Part shown: positions 29,374 to 40,409 of the stretch, in pieces
Layout: every line of letters begins with the position of its first letter
Position numbering within the stretch: the first letter of the stretch is position 1
Origin: Alphaproteobacteria bacterium
GTDB taxonomy: Bacteria > Pseudomonadota > Alphaproteobacteria > GCA-2731375
NCBI GenBank assembly: GCA_965225945.1
Contig: CBDDBZ010000020.1
Coordinates: 1 to 64,000, forward strand
Direction of reading: 5' to 3'
Length of the DNA: 64,000 bases
Notes under the pieces: generated by a model
The model's input: the letters and a program-made list of their open reading frames with translations, nothing else
The model's database searches: none
What the model was told of the DNA's origin: nothing
Made by a program: the position numbers and the translations under genes

Positions 29374-30659
29374 GCGTGTTCCGTCATCGAGGCGGCGAGC
29401 TGTTCGTCGAGGACGTGGCCGTGGCGCGGATCGCGGCCGCGGTGGGCACGCCCGCCTACGTCTATTCCAGCGCCGCGATGGAACGTGCCTATCTCGACTA
29501 CCGGGACGCCTTGGAGGGCCTGGACGCGACCATCTGCTATGCCCTGAAGGCCAATTCAAATCTCGCGGTGATCCGTACTTTCTCAGGCCTGGGCGCCGGC
29601 GCCGACGTGGTCTCGGGCGGTGAGTTGGCGCAGGCCCTGGCGGCGGGCGTGCCGGGGAATCGCATCGTCTTCGCCGGGGTCGGCAAGACGCGGGCGGAAA
29701 TGGCTGCGGGGCTCGATGCCGGGATCATGCAGTTCAACGTCGAGAGCGATGGCGAACTTCGCGCCTTGAGCGAGCTTGCCACGTCGCGTGGCGTAACCGC
29801 GCCGGTGGCGCTTCGCGTCAACCCGGACGTCGACGCCGCGACCCACGACAAGATCTCCACCGGGCGCAGGCAGGACAAGTTCGGCATCCCGTGGGAGCGG
29901 GCGGCGGAGGTCTATCGCCTGGCCGGCGCGCTGCCGGGGATCGCCGCGGAGGGTATCGCCGTCCACATCGGCTCGCAGTTGACCAGCCTCGAGCCCTTTC
30001 GTGCCGCCTTCACGCGCATGGCGGAGCTGGCGCGCCGGCTCCGCGCCGAGGGGGTGGGCTTGCGCCGTCTCGATCTGGGGGGCGGGCTCGGCATCGACTA
30101 TGCGGGCGAGAGCCCGCCGAGCCCGCGCGAATTTGCCCGGGTGGCGCGGGAGACGGTAGGCGATCTCGGCCTCTCCCTGGTCCTCGAGCCGGGCCGTTCG
30201 CTGGTTGGCAACGCCGGCCTGCTGCTCGCCCGCGTGATCTACGTCAAGGATGACACCAAGCGCTTCGTGATCCTCGATGCGGCGATGAACGATCTCATTC
30301 GACCGACGCTCTACGATGCCTGGCACGACGTCGTGGTGGTTTGCGAGCCGGGACCCGATGCCCCGACGGGTCCGGCCGACTTCGTCGGTCCGATCTGCGA
30401 GACCGGCGATGTCCTGGCCGTGGCGCGCGAGGCGCCGCCGCTCGCTCCCGACGATTTGATCGCGTTCCGGAGTGCCGGCGCGTATGCTCGGGTCATGGCA
30501 TCGAACTACAACTCCCGGCCGATGGCGCCGGAAGTGCTTGTGCGGGGCGACGACTTCGCGCTGGTCCGGCCGCGCCAGCGGCTGGAAGCGCTCTGGGAGG
30601 AGGATCGCCTGCCGCCCTGGCTCGCGCCGGCGAGCGGCGCCGAGCGGGGTGCCGCGTGA
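29370..30659 (+). CDS. lysA: Diaminopimelate decarboxylase
   Basis: [34 protein letters not shown]; ATGA overlap with argH. Confidence 0.96.
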   Translation: MSVFRHRGGELFVEDVAVARIAAAVGTPAYVYSSAAMERAYLDYRDALEGLDATICYALKANSNLAVIRTFSGLGAGADVVSGGELAQALAAGVPGNRIVFAGVGKTRAEMAAGLDAGIMQFNVESDGELRALSELATSRGVTAPVALRVNPDVDAATHDKISTGRRQDKFGIPWERAAEVYRLAGALPGIAAEGIAVHIGSQLTSLEPFRAAFTRMAELARRLRAEGVGLRRLDLGGGLGIDYAGESPPSPREFARVARETVGDLGLSLVLEPGRSLVGNAGLLLARVIYVKDDTKRFVILDAAMNDLIRPTLYDAWHDVVVVCEPGPDAPTGPADFVGPICETGDVLAVAREAPPLAPDDLIAFRSAGAYARVMASNYNSRPMAPEVLVRGDDFALVRPRQRLEALWEEDRLPPWLAPASGAERGAA

Positions 30660-33094
30660 AGGACCTGAAGAGCTATCTCGAACGCTGCCGCAGGCTCGCC
30701 TGGCTGGTGCTGCTCTGGGAGCGGAGCTGGCCGCCGCTCTGGCCGGCGGCGGCGGTGCTCGCGGTGTTTGTCGCGCTGGCGCTGATGGAGGTGCCCAGCG
30801 CGCTCGGCGGTTGGGCGCACGTGGCCCTGCTCGTGATCTTCGCCCTCGCGCTCGGCCAGACGCTCCGGCATGTGCCGCCGAGGCTCGGCTGGCCGAATCT
30901 CCACGCTTCGAAGAGGCGATTGGAGCGGGCGAGCGGGCTCGCGCATCGGCCCTTGACGACGCTCGAGGACAAGCTGGCGGCCGGCGGCGGCGATTTCGCC
31001 GCCCGCGCCCTCTGGCGGGCGCATCTGGATAGGACGCTGGCGGGCTTGGGGCGAATCCGCGTCGGCGTGCCCCGACCGGGGGTGGCCGACGACGACGTCG
31101 TCGGCTGGCGCGCCGTGGTCTTTCTGCTGCTCGTCGTCGGGCTCTCGGTCGGATTCGGCGACGGCCTCTCGCGGCTGGCCCGCGCGTTTGTGCCGAGTTT
31201 TGCCCGACCGGCGGCAGTTGTGGCGGAAATCGAGGCCTGGATCAATCCGCCCGCCTATACCGGCGCGCCGCCGTTTCGCTTGACCGAGGAAGAGGGCGGG
31301 GTCCGGCGCGTTCCCACCGGCAGCGATCTATTGGCGCGGGTCTATGGTGGCGCCGGCGCGGTCGAGCTGATGGTCGACGAGGCGGTGGTGCCGTTTCGCG
31401 CCCTCGATGCGCTCAACCACGAGCTGAAGCATGCGCTGAAGGACGCGCGCAAGCTGGCGATCCGTCAGGGCGGCCGAGTGATCGCCGCCTGGGACGTCGA
31501 GACCATTCCCGACGCCGCGCCGGAAATCGCCTTCGCCACCCCGCCGGGCGCGACGCCCCGGGCGAGCCTGCGGATCGATGTCGAGGCGCGCGACGATTAC
31601 GGCCTCGGCGAGGCCCGGCTGGAAATCCAGCTCGTCGCAGAGGGCGAGACGACGGCGCCCGAGACGCGCCCGCTGCCGCTCTCCACGCCGGGGAGCAAGC
31701 ATGCGCGGGAGCGGAGTTTCCACGATCTGGCGCCGCATCCCTGGGCCGGTCGGCCGGTCCGCCTCGTGCCGGTGGTGCTCGACAGCCAGGGGCAGGAGGG
31801 CCGGGGCGAGGCGCACGAGATGATCCTGCCCGAGCGACGCTTCGACCACGCCGTCGCCCGCGCCATCGTCGAGCAGCGCAAGAAGCTCTTCCAGGATCCG
31901 ATGAAACGCGGCCTCGTCGCGCTCGCGCTCGGCGCCATCGCCATCTCTCCTGAATCCTACCAGGACGACATCGTCGTCTTCATGGGGCTCCGCCTCGCCT
32001 CGTCCCGGCTGCGCTTCGAGAAGGCGCCGGATGCGGTCTCCGAGGTCACGAAGTTGCTCTGGGATCTGGCGCTCAGGGTGGAGGACGGCCGGCTTTCCCT
32101 CGCCGAGCGGGAACTGCGCGAGCTGCAGCAGGCCTTGATGGACGCGCTCGCGCGCGATGCCACGGACGCCGAGCTGGATCGCCTGATGGACCAGCTCCAG
32201 GCGGCCATGCAGCGCTATCTGCAAGCCTTGGCGGAGCAAGCGAAACGGATGGCGGAACAGGGCGTCGAGCCGGTGCCTTACGATCCCGAGGCCCAGGTCA
32301 TGGAGGGCGAGGAACTCCAGCGCATGCTGGAGCGGGCGCGGGAGCTGGCCAAGCTCGGCGCGCGAGACGCGGCGCGCGAGCTGCTCGGCCAGTTGCAGCA
32401 GATGCTGGAGAACCTGCAGACCGGGCGGATGATGGCGATGCCGCCGGAGTTGCGCGGCACCGACCAGGCTATTCGCGATCTCGGCAAGCTCATGGGCGAG
32501 CAGCAGCGGCTGCTCGATCAGACCTTCCGCCGCTCGCCCGAGGGTGGCCGGATGCCCAGAGCGGGCCAACGGAGCCAGCGGGGCGCGCGCGGCCGGCAGA
32601 TGCCGGGGCGCAGCGGCGAGCCCACCCTCTCCGAGATGGCCGAGGGGCAGGAGGCGCTGCGCCGCCGCCTCGGCGAGATCATGCGTCGCCTCGGCGAGGG
32701 GCTGGGCGAGATTCCGGGCGCCCTCGGCCGGGCCGAGCGGGCCATGCGCGATGCCCGCGAAGCGCTCGGCGAGGGGCAGGCCGGCGCCGCCAGCGAGTCG
32801 CAGGGCCGGGCCATCGATCAGATGGCCGAGGGCATGCGGGGCCTGGCGCAGGAACTCGCCCGCCAGCTCGGTCGCGGCCAGGGTGATCAGACCGTGTTCG
32901 GCGGCGGCGAGGAGGATCCGCTCGGCCGTCCCTCGGCCCAGGGCGGGATGGACACCAGCACCGTCCGCATTCCCGAGAAGGCCGACCTGCAGCGCACCCG
33001 TCAGATCCTGGACGAGCTCCGCCGCCGCGCCGGCGAGCGCCGGCGCCCCTCCCTCGAGCGGCAATACATCGACCGCCTGTTGCAGCGCTTCTAG
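30656..33094 (+). CDS. TIGR02302/DUF4175 family membrane-anchored coiled-coil protein
   Basis: LWERSWP, WINPPAYTG, PHPWAG, LWDLALRVEDG, DPLGRP, YIDRLL; conserved position after lysA. Confidence 0.9.
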   Translation: MKDLKSYLERCRRLAWLVLLWERSWPPLWPAAAVLAVFVALALMEVPSALGGWAHVALLVIFALALGQTLRHVPPRLGWPNLHASKRRLERASGLAHRPLTTLEDKLAAGGGDFAARALWRAHLDRTLAGLGRIRVGVPRPGVADDDVVGWRAVVFLLLVVGLSVGFGDGLSRLARAFVPSFARPAAVVAEIEAWINPPAYTGAPPFRLTEEEGGVRRVPTGSDLLARVYGGAGAVELMVDEAVVPFRALDALNHELKHALKDARKLAIRQGGRVIAAWDVETIPDAAPEIAFATPPGATPRASLRIDVEARDDYGLGEARLEIQLVAEGETTAPETRPLPLSTPGSKHARERSFHDLAPHPWAGRPVRLVPVVLDSQGQEGRGEAHEMILPERRFDHAVARAIVEQRKKLFQDPMKRGLVALALGAIAISPESYQDDIVVFMGLRLASSRLRFEKAPDAVSEVTKLLWDLALRVEDGRLSLAERELRELQQALMDALARDATDAELDRLMDQLQAAMQRYLQALAEQAKRMAEQGVEPVPYDPEAQVMEGEELQRMLERARELAKLGARDAARELLGQLQQMLENLQTGRMMAMPPELRGTDQAIRDLGKLMGEQQRLLDQTFRRSPEGGRMPRAGQRSQRGARGRQMPGRSGEPTLSEMAEGQEALRRRLGEIMRRLGEGLGEIPGALGRAERAMRDAREALGEGQAGAASESQGRAIDQMAEGMRGLAQELARQLGRGQGDQTVFGGGEEDPLGRPSAQGGMDTSTVRIPEKADLQRTRQILDELRRRAGERRRPSLERQYIDRLLQRF

Positions 33095-33277
33095 GCGGGG
33101 CTCGCCGCCCTCGGGCGGGCTTTCGGGACCGCGCCGCGCCGGCAATAGATCTGGTGCGGGACGCGCGTCATTTTGTCGCTATATTGTAAGTCGTGATTCG
33201 CCGGCCTATGTTGTCGGCGCGCGCGGCCACTTTGGGACGGGCGCGGCGAACGGATGAGGTAGAGGCGAAAGGCAGTT

Positions 33278-33823
33278 ATGTTGGCGGAGGCAAGTCCCGC
33301 GCTGGTGTTGAACGCGGATTATCGGCCCTTGAGTTACTTCCCGCTTTCCCTCTGGCACTGGCAGGAAGTGGTGAAGGCGGTGTTTCTGGATCGCGTGAAC
33401 GTGATCTCGGAATACGACCGCGTCGTGCGCTCGCCCAGCCTCGAGATGCGGCTGCCGAGCGTCGTGGCCCTCAAGGGCTATGTCAAGCCGGCCAAATTCC
33501 CGGCCTTCACGCGCTTCAACCTGTTCCTGCGCGACCGCTTCGAGTGTCAGTATTGCGGCCGGCGGGGCGACCTGACCTTCGACCACGTGGTGCCGCGCAG
33601 TCAGGGTGGCCGCACGACCTGGGGCAACGTCACGACCGCCTGCGCCGCCTGCAACCTGCGCAAGGGTGGGCGAACGCCGCGCAAGTGCGGCCTGCACCCG
33701 AGGACGATGCCGTACCGGCCGACGGTGTTCGAATTGAACGAGCGCGGCCGCGCCTTCCCGCCCAACTTCCTGCATGAGAGTTGGCGCGACTATCTTTACT
33801 GGGATACCGAGCTGGAGCCGTAG
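33278..33823 (+). CDS. HNH endonuclease (conserved alphaproteobacterial type)
   Basis: LVLNADYRPLSYFPLS, CQYC, TFDHVVP, CAACNLRKG. Confidence 0.92.
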   Translation: MLAEASPALVLNADYRPLSYFPLSLWHWQEVVKAVFLDRVNVISEYDRVVRSPSLEMRLPSVVALKGYVKPAKFPAFTRFNLFLRDRFECQYCGRRGDLTFDHVVPRSQGGRTTWGNVTTACAACNLRKGGRTPRKCGLHPRTMPYRPTVFELNERGRAFPPNFLHESWRDYLYWDTELEP

Positions 33824-34025
33824 GCGCTCGCCGGGACCCGTCCCGGGCTTGCGGGCCGCCGCGCCTCCGGTTTGGTCGCGTCGTGGGCGGGTTGTACAGT
33901 GACCCGGCTTTCAACTTGCCCAGGGCCCCCGGACCCGTCCGTTCTCCCCGCTGACCGATAGTGCTAGCGTTCTCGGCGAAATGTGAAATTCGCCTCGGTG
34001 CAGCGACGGCGAGGGAGGAAGAGGC

Positions 34026-34967
34026 ATGTCGATACTGGTGATTGGCGCGGCCGGCTTCATCGGCCGCCGCTTGGTGCCGCGCCTGGCCGCACGCGGCGAG
34101 CGGGTGACGGCCATGGATATCGACGCGGGCCGGGCGACGAGCGCCTTCGCCGAGCTTTCGGACGCGGTGGCGATCCGCAAGGGCGACGTCACCTGCTTCG
34201 ACGACGTCGTCGAGGCCATGCTCGAGGCAAAGGCGGATCGCGTGATCAACCTCTCCTATTTCATCGGGGACCTGGCGCCACGGAAAGCCTTCAAGCTCGA
34301 TATCCTCGGCATGGACAACTGTTTCGAGGCGGCCAGGCTGACGGGCGTGAAACATACGGTATTCGCCAGTTCCCTCGCCGTCAGCGGCCTGCAGAAGAAT
34401 TTCGGCGAGCGCCCGGTGAACGAGGACGATCCCCGCCACGGGAATAGCCAATATGCCGTCAACAAGATCTACAACGAATGGCAGGCGCATGATTACCGCC
34501 GCAAGTACGACATGACGATTACCGCCGTTCGGCCCGCCAACGTCACCGGTCCGGACAAGAAGTTCGGCTCGATCGATCATGTCGACTGCATGTGCGAGCC
34601 GGCGCGCGGCAAGACGGTAACCTTTCCCCACGCCGACGCCATGCGCTGCGTCATTCACGTGGAAGACATAGCCGAGGTTTTCGCCCGCGTGGTCCTGAGC
34701 GACAAGCCGAAACACGCGACCTACAACTCCGGCGGCACGACCGTCAGCATCGGCGAATTGGCGGGACTGGTGCGAGAGGTCGTGCCGGATGCGGACATTC
34801 GCTTCGACGCCGAGACCGGCGGGCGAGAGAAATCCGGCAATTATCTCGTCGACAACAGCCGGCTGGTCGAGGAATTCGAGGTCCAATACGCGCCGCTCGG
34901 GCAGCGGGTGAGGGACGTCGTCGACGAGCTTCGCCGCGATATGGAATGCTTGCCGAGAACGGATTGA
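34026..34967 (+). CDS. NAD-dependent epimerase/dehydratase (extended SDR)
   Basis: GAAGFIG, ASS, YAVNK. Confidence 0.9.
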   Translation: MSILVIGAAGFIGRRLVPRLAARGERVTAMDIDAGRATSAFAELSDAVAIRKGDVTCFDDVVEAMLEAKADRVINLSYFIGDLAPRKAFKLDILGMDNCFEAARLTGVKHTVFASSLAVSGLQKNFGERPVNEDDPRHGNSQYAVNKIYNEWQAHDYRRKYDMTITAVRPANVTGPDKKFGSIDHVDCMCEPARGKTVTFPHADAMRCVIHVEDIAEVFARVVLSDKPKHATYNSGGTTVSIGELAGLVREVVPDADIRFDAETGGREKSGNYLVDNSRLVEEFEVQYAPLGQRVRDVVDELRRDMECLPRTD

Positions 34968-35050
34968 ATAATTTCAGCGGAAGGGCGGCCGCGAGATAAA
35001 GATTCCGTGTGCCCTGGGCGCCCATCGCCCACCTCCTCCCGCCCGGTGCT

Positions 35051-35069
35051 TTCACGTTTCGTTAACCAT
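35051..35069 (+). promoter_or_regulatory. Putative CtrA box
   Basis: TTCA-N7-TTAACCAT upstream of the PAS gene. Confidence 0.5.
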
Positions 35070-35123
35070 CGTTGGGGATAGTTTGCGGGCCGAGGCATGT
35101 GCGACGCCGAGGAAGTGGGAGCG

Positions 35124-35744
35124 ATGTCGGACACGACAGTGCACAACGTGGCGATGGCGGGCGAGGCCCGCCAGGGGGCGCTCTTCGAGCGCAGTCCCGC
35201 GATGCTACACACCGTCGATCGCGAAGGTCGTTTGTTGACGGTGTCGGATCGATGGCTGGAGGTGATGGGCCGCCGCCGCGAGGATGTGGTCGGACAGCCC
35301 GCGACGATGTTCCTGACCGAACGCTCGCGACGCTAGGTGGCGGAGGAAATCCGCCCGCGTTTCCTCGAGACCGGTGAGTGTCGAGAGGTCTCGCTCGAGC
35401 TCGTCGCCAAGGGCGGCGCGATCATCGACGTCCTGCTCTCGGCCACGGCCGCGCTCGACGCGCGGGGCCGCCTCGAGCGGGCGCATGTCGCCTTGACCGA
35501 GGTCGGCGCGCTTCGCCAAGCCAACGAGGATCCGAACAATTCCGCCGATGTCGCCTCGCGAAATCTCGAATTGCGGCTAGGGCGAGGCGAGTCGTTGGTG
35601 AACATGCTGCGCGAGGGCTTGGACGGGCGACTGGACGAGGACACGCCTGGGCCTGGGCCCGAAGCCGGGCGACGGCGGTCGTGGAGTCACATTCCGCTTT
35701 ACTTGGCGCGCCGGTTGGTCGAGTTTCGCAATGCTGGAGGATGA
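35124..35744 (+). pseudogene. PAS-domain protein with in-frame TAG at 35334-35336
   Basis: SPAMLHTVDREGRLLTVSDRWLEVMG...FLTERSRR*VAEEIRPRFLETG...IDVLLSA reads as one PAS fold across the stop. Confidence 0.75.
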
Positions 35745-35780
35745 TCGCCCCCGGGCGGATACGGACTCGATGGCGACCTG

Positions 35781-36437
35781 ATGAGCGGCGCGACACTCGT
35801 CATCTTCGATTGTGACGGCGTCTTGATCGATAGCGAGATCATCGCCTGCCGCGTCGAGGCGCGGGGCTTCGCGCGCCTCGGCATCGAGATGTCGGTGGCG
35901 GAGGTGGCCCGCCGTTTCACCGGCGTCCGCACGTGCGACATGTACCAAATCATTACCGACGAGACCGGCATCGCCATTCCCGACCAGCACGGGCACGAGA
36001 TCAAGGACGAGATCCAGGCCTGCTTCGATACCGAGCTCAGGGCGCTTCCCGGCACGCACGCGCTGCTCGACCGCCTGGTGACGCCGGCTTGCGTCGCCTC
36101 CAGCTCCGATCCCGATTGGCTCGCCAAGGCGCTCGGGCTGGTCGGGCTGTACGACCGCCTGGCGAGCGCCATCTTCAACGGGCGCATGGTCGAGCACGGC
36201 AAGCCGGCGCCGGACCTGTTTCTGTTGGCGGCGGCGCGGATGGGCGCGCGGCCGCTCGATTGCCTGGTGGTCGAGGACAGCGTCGCCGGGGTCCGGGCAG
36301 GTCGCGCCGCCGGCATGCGGGTGCTCGGATTCGCTGGCGGTGGCCACTGCGCGCCGGGCCATGGTGAGATGCTGCGCGCGGAAGGCGCCGAGGCTATATA
36401 CCTCGATATGTCGAGCTTGGCCGAACGGCTCTGTTGA
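35781..36437 (+). CDS. HAD-family hydrolase
   Basis: FDCDGVLIDSE, VASSS, GKPAPDLF, VVEDS. Confidence 0.93.
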   Translation: MSGATLVIFDCDGVLIDSEIIACRVEARGFARLGIEMSVAEVARRFTGVRTCDMYQIITDETGIAIPDQHGHEIKDEIQACFDTELRALPGTHALLDRLVTPACVASSSDPDWLAKALGLVGLYDRLASAIFNGRMVEHGKPAPDLFLLAAARMGARPLDCLVVEDSVAGVRAGRAAGMRVLGFAGGGHCAPGHGEMLRAEGAEAIYLDMSSLAERLC

Positions 36438-36450
36438 GCTGGGAGGCGCT

Positions 36451-38181
36451 TCAGGCGCCTCGCGCGCGTGCCGTGGCCTCGGCATCGACGGCGCCGGTGG
36501 CGGTCAGGATCACGCCGTAGTCCCGCGCCGCGGCTTCTGGGCTCACCAGGCCGTCGCGGACGTCGAGTGCCACCTTTTTCGCATCTCGCGCCATGGGATC
36601 GCCGTAGCCGCCGCCGCCCGGCATCGCCAGTGTCAGTTCGTGACCTTGGGCGACGCGCTGGCGGCCCTTGGCCCGCATTTCGATCTCCTCGCCCTCGGGC
36701 GCGGTGGCGTAGACGCGGCCGGCCATACCATCGCCGCCGCCGTTGCGACCGCGCGCCGGATGGCCCACGCGATCGAACATGGAGGACATGACGAAGGCCG
36801 CGTCTTCCTTGTTGGTGATCCGCATCACCTGGCCGAGTCCGCCGCGATGTTCGCCGGCGCCGCCGGAATCGGTCCGATATTCCTTCTCCCAGACGACGAT
36901 CGGCGAGATCGCCTCGTTGATCTCCACCGGCGTGTTGCGGACGCCGGAGGGGAAGGCGGTCGCCGAAAGGCCGTCCTTCCCGGGCCGCGCGCCGGTACCG
37001 CCGTTGTGGAACAGCGTCACGGTGAAGGTGCTCGCCTCGCCCTCGACCTTGCCGGCGACGCCGTGGCCGCCGTAAAGCACCGGGTTCCAGAGGCACGAGG
37101 TGCCCTCCGCAGGCGCGATGCCGGCGACCGCCTGGTGCAGGCAGCCGAGCATCACGTCGGGCAGCATCTGGCCGACGGCGTGGCGCGCGGCGACGGCGCA
37201 GGGGAAGGGCGCGTTCAGCAGCGAACCTTCCGGCGCCGTCACCCGGACCGGGCCGAGCGAGCCGGAGTTGTTCGGGATCGTCGAGCCGACCACGCAGCGC
37301 ACGCCGAAGGAGGCATAGGCTTCGGTATAGGTGACCGGCACGTTGATGCCGTATTCCGAGATGCCCGAGGTGCCGGTGAAGTCGATGTCGATGCCGTCCT
37401 CGGCGATGGTCATGGTGGCCACCAGATCGATCTCGTCGTTGTAGCCGTCGATCCGCATCCGGTATTCGTAGGTCCCGGAGGGGAGCTTGCGGATCTCCTC
37501 CAGCATGGCGCGGCGCGAGTTCTCGATGATGTGCGTGCCCAAATCGTCGATGCTCTCGAGCTCGAACTCCACCATCATCTCGACCAGGCGGCGGGCGCCG
37601 ATATCGTTGCAGGCGACGAGGGAGTAGATGTCGCCCTCGACCTGCACCGGCTCGCGCACGTTCCAGCGCACCATCTCCAGCAGGGTTTCGTTCATCACCC
37701 CTTGCTTGGCGAGGGGCATGATCGGGATGTAGAGTCCCTCCTCGAAGACTTGCCGGCCGTCCGGCCCGAAGCCGAGGCCGCCCACGTCCACGACATGGCT
37801 GGTGCAGGCGAAGAGCGCCACCATGCGGGCGTCCTTGAAGGTCGGCGTCACCACGGTGAGGTCGTGCAGATGGCCGGTCCCTTTCCAGGGATCGTTGGTG
37901 ATGTAGCAATTGCCGGGGCTCATCTCGGTGGCCGGATACTTCTCGAGGAAGAAATTGACCGAGGCCGCCATGGCGTTGACGTGGCCCGGCGTGCCGGTCA
38001 CCGCCTGGGCCAGCATGCGGCCACCGAGATCGAAGACGCCGGCGGAGAGATCGCCGGCCTCGCGCACCGTGTTGGAGAAGGCGGTCCGAATTAGGGTTTG
38101 CGCTTGCTCCTCGACCACGGCGATCAGACGGTTCCACATGATCTGCATGTGCAGGTCGGAGAGGGCGGAATTCTCGATCAT
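36451..38181 (-). CDS. Hydantoinase B/oxoprolinase family protein
   Basis: RTAFS, NDPWKGTGHLHD, EEGL, NTPVE, PGGGGYGDP. Confidence 0.93.
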   Translation of the reverse strand: MIENSALSDLHMQIMWNRLIAVVEEQAQTLIRTAFSNTVREAGDLSAGVFDLGGRMLAQAVTGTPGHVNAMAASVNFFLEKYPATEMSPGNCYITNDPWKGTGHLHDLTVVTPTFKDARMVALFACTSHVVDVGGLGFGPDGRQVFEEGLYIPIMPLAKQGVMNETLLEMVRWNVREPVQVEGDIYSLVACNDIGARRLVEMMVEFELESIDDLGTHIIENSRRAMLEEIRKLPSGTYEYRMRIDGYNDEIDLVATMTIAEDGIDIDFTGTSGISEYGINVPVTYTEAYASFGVRCVVGSTIPNNSGSLGPVRVTAPEGSLLNAPFPCAVAARHAVGQMLPDVMLGCLHQAVAGIAPAEGTSCLWNPVLYGGHGVAGKVEGEASTFTVTLFHNGGTGARPGKDGLSATAFPSGVRNTPVEINEAISPIVVWEKEYRTDSGGAGEHRGGLGQVMRITNKEDAAFVMSSMFDRVGHPARGRNGGGDGMAGRVYATAPEGEEIEMRAKGRQRVAQGHELTLAMPGGGGYGDPMARDAKKVALDVRDGLVSPEAAARDYGVILTATGAVDAEATARARGA

Positions 38182-38206
38182 CGTCTGGTTTTCCCACTGT
38201 TCCGGG

Positions 38207-40291
38207 TCAGGCCCGGCGTTCGAGGCGAATGTAGCCCATCGCGTCGAGCCGCGCATCGAAGCCGGGGCCGACGATGGTGGTGGTCTGATGCTCGACGATC
38301 ATCGCCGGGCCCGGGATCCGCATCCCGGGGCCGAGCGCCTCGCGTCGGTAGAAGGGCACCTCGACATACTCGGTGCGCGCGGGATCGAACACTCGGCGTG
38401 TCGAGGCGGCCTCCGGCGGCGCCGCCTCGGCAGGCATGTCCAATTCGACCGTCGGGGCCGCCGGCGTCGACACGGTGACGGCCCAGGTCAGCACCTCGAC
38501 GTCGAGGTTCGGGATGACGCGGCCGTAAAGTTCCTCGTAGCGGGCATCGAAGGCCGCCTTGAGGGCCTCGACGTCGGCCTCGGTGAGCACGCGATTGGGC
38601 ACGGTGACGTCGATTTCGTGGCCCTGCCCGATGTAGCGCATGTAGGCGATGCGGGTCTCGGCCAGCTCCGCCCCGGGCGCGCCGAGGCGGACGACCTCGC
38701 GCGCCTCGGCCTGCATTTCGGCCAAGAGCGCGTTGATGGGGTCGCGCTCGAAGGCGGCGAAACGGGTATAGCGGCTGCGCACGACTTCGTAGGCCACGGG
38801 CGCGCGCAGGAAGCCGATTGCCGAGCCGACGCCGGCCCCGGTCGGGACCACGATGGTGTCGATCCCGAGCTTCTCGGCGAGGCGCGTGGCGTGCAGCGGC
38901 GCCGCCCCACCGAAGGCCACCATGGCGCGGCTGGTCAGGTCCTTGCCGCGCTCCACCGCGTGCACCCGGGCGGCGTTGGCCATGTTTTCGTCGACCACCT
39001 CACCGACCCCGAAGGCGGCGAGCGAGAGCTCGATGTCGAGCGCCTCGCCCACCGTTCCGGCAAGCGCGGCCTCGGACTTGGCGGGCGCCAGCGTGACCGT
39101 GCCGCCGGCGAAGGAGGCGGGGTCGATCCGGCCCAATACGACGTCGGCATCGGTGACGGTCGGTTGCGTGCCGCCCCGGTCGTAGCAGGCGGGGCCGGGC
39201 TCGGCGCCCGCGCTCTCCGGCCCGACGGTGATGCGGCGCATGGCGTCGACCCGGGCGATCGAGCCGCCGCCGGCGCCGATCTCCACCATCTCGATGACGG
39301 GAATGCGGAGCGGTAGGCCGCTCCCCTTGGTGAAGCGGTACATCCGGTCGACCTCGAAGGTGCGCGAGCTCTGCGGTTGGCCGTCGTCGATCAAGCAAAT
39401 CTTTGCCGTGGTCCCGCCCATGTCGTAGGACAGCACGGCGTCGAGGCCGCATTCGCGCGCCACGTGGCTGGCCAGGATGGCGCCGCCGGCGGGGCCGCTC
39501 TCGACCAGGCGGATGGGCGCGTGGACGGCGGTATCCACCGTGGCGAGCCCGCCGCCCGACATCATCAAGAAGAGCGGGCCGCCGAACCCGCTCTGCTTCA
39601 GTCCGGCCTCCAAATTGCGCAGGTAGCGCGCCATCAGCGGCTGCACATAGGCGTTGGCGGAGACGGTCGAATGGCGCTCGTATTCGCGGATCTCGGGGCA
39701 GACCTCCGAGGAAAGCGAGATCCAGAGATCGGGTAGGCCTGAGCGCAGGATCTCGGCCACGCGAATCTCGTGTTTCGCGTTGGCGTAGCTGTGGATCAGG
39801 CCGATTCCCAGGCTCTCGATTCCGTGGTGCTCGAGCTCCGGCACCAGCGCCTCGACCGAGGCCTCGTCGAGTGCCAGCAACACGCCGCCGTCGGCGTCCA
39901 GCCGCTCGGTGACCGGCAGCCTGAGGTAGCGCGGCACCAGGGGCACCGGCTTCTCGACGTTGATGTCGTACTGCTCGAAGCGGTTCTCGTAGGCCATCTC
40001 CACCGCGTCGCGGAAGCCGCGCGTGACCACCAGCGCGGTCTTGGCGCCCTTACGCTCGATGATCGCGTTGGTGGCGAGCGTGGTGCCGTGGATGACGAGG
40101 GAGACGGCGCTCGGCTCCACGCCGGCGCTCGGCAGCAGCTCGGCGACGCCCTGTAACACGCCCTCCTCGGGCGCGTTCTGCGTGGTCAGGACCTTGGAGG
40201 CGTGTATCTCGCCGCCGACTTCCAGCGCGAGATCGGTGAAGGTCCCGCCGATATCCACCGCGAGGCGGGCGCCGCCGGTCGGCTGCGTCAT
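38207..40291 (-). CDS. Hydantoinase A/oxoprolinase family protein
   Basis: DIGGTFTD, HGTTLATNA, ESGPAGG, DMGGTT, GAGGGS, PTVTDA. Confidence 0.94.
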   Translation of the reverse strand: MTQPTGGARLAVDIGGTFTDLALEVGGEIHASKVLTTQNAPEEGVLQGVAELLPSAGVEPSAVSLVIHGTTLATNAIIERKGAKTALVVTRGFRDAVEMAYENRFEQYDINVEKPVPLVPRYLRLPVTERLDADGGVLLALDEASVEALVPELEHHGIESLGIGLIHSYANAKHEIRVAEILRSGLPDLWISLSSEVCPEIREYERHSTVSANAYVQPLMARYLRNLEAGLKQSGFGGPLFLMMSGGGLATVDTAVHAPIRLVESGPAGGAILASHVARECGLDAVLSYDMGGTTAKICLIDDGQPQSSRTFEVDRMYRFTKGSGLPLRIPVIEMVEIGAGGGSIARVDAMRRITVGPESAGAEPGPACYDRGGTQPTVTDADVVLGRIDPASFAGGTVTLAPAKSEAALAGTVGEALDIELSLAAFGVGEVVDENMANAARVHAVERGKDLTSRAMVAFGGAAPLHATRLAEKLGIDTIVVPTGAGVGSAIGFLRAPVAYEVVRSRYTRFAAFERDPINALLAEMQAEAREVVRLGAPGAELAETRIAYMRYIGQGHEIDVTVPNRVLTEADVEALKAAFDARYEELYGRVIPNLDVEVLTWAVTVSTPAAPTVELDMPAEAAPPEAASTRRVFDPARTEYVEVPFYRREALGPGMRIPGPAMIVEHQTTTIVGPGFDARLDAMGYIRLERRA

Positions 40292-40409
40292 GGTTCGATC
40301 CTCGAGTGGCGCGAATGGCTATGGCGCGGCGCAAACTAAGGAGTGCCTCCACCCGACGCAAGCACGCGGGGCGAGGGACCGGCGCGTCGATCGACGGGAT
40401 CGGCGAAGC

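Noticed and set aside
27280-29559. 759-aa TlpA fusion and other long antisense ORFs (for example 31328..33145, 36340..38094, 4545..6140)
   Set aside because: Shadow ORFs opposite well-supported genes in high-GC DNA; no domain motifs
33278-33823. HNH nuclease as IscB/Cas9-like or defence effector
   Set aside because: Only 181 aa, no RuvC motifs, no adjacent array or ncRNA signal; it matches the common stand-alone chromosomal type
15803-35336. Selenocysteine or pyrrolysine recoding of the in-frame TGA and TAG
   Set aside because: The TGA is in a low-complexity linker with no redox context, the TAG is at a non-catalytic PAS position, and all other genes use standard stops
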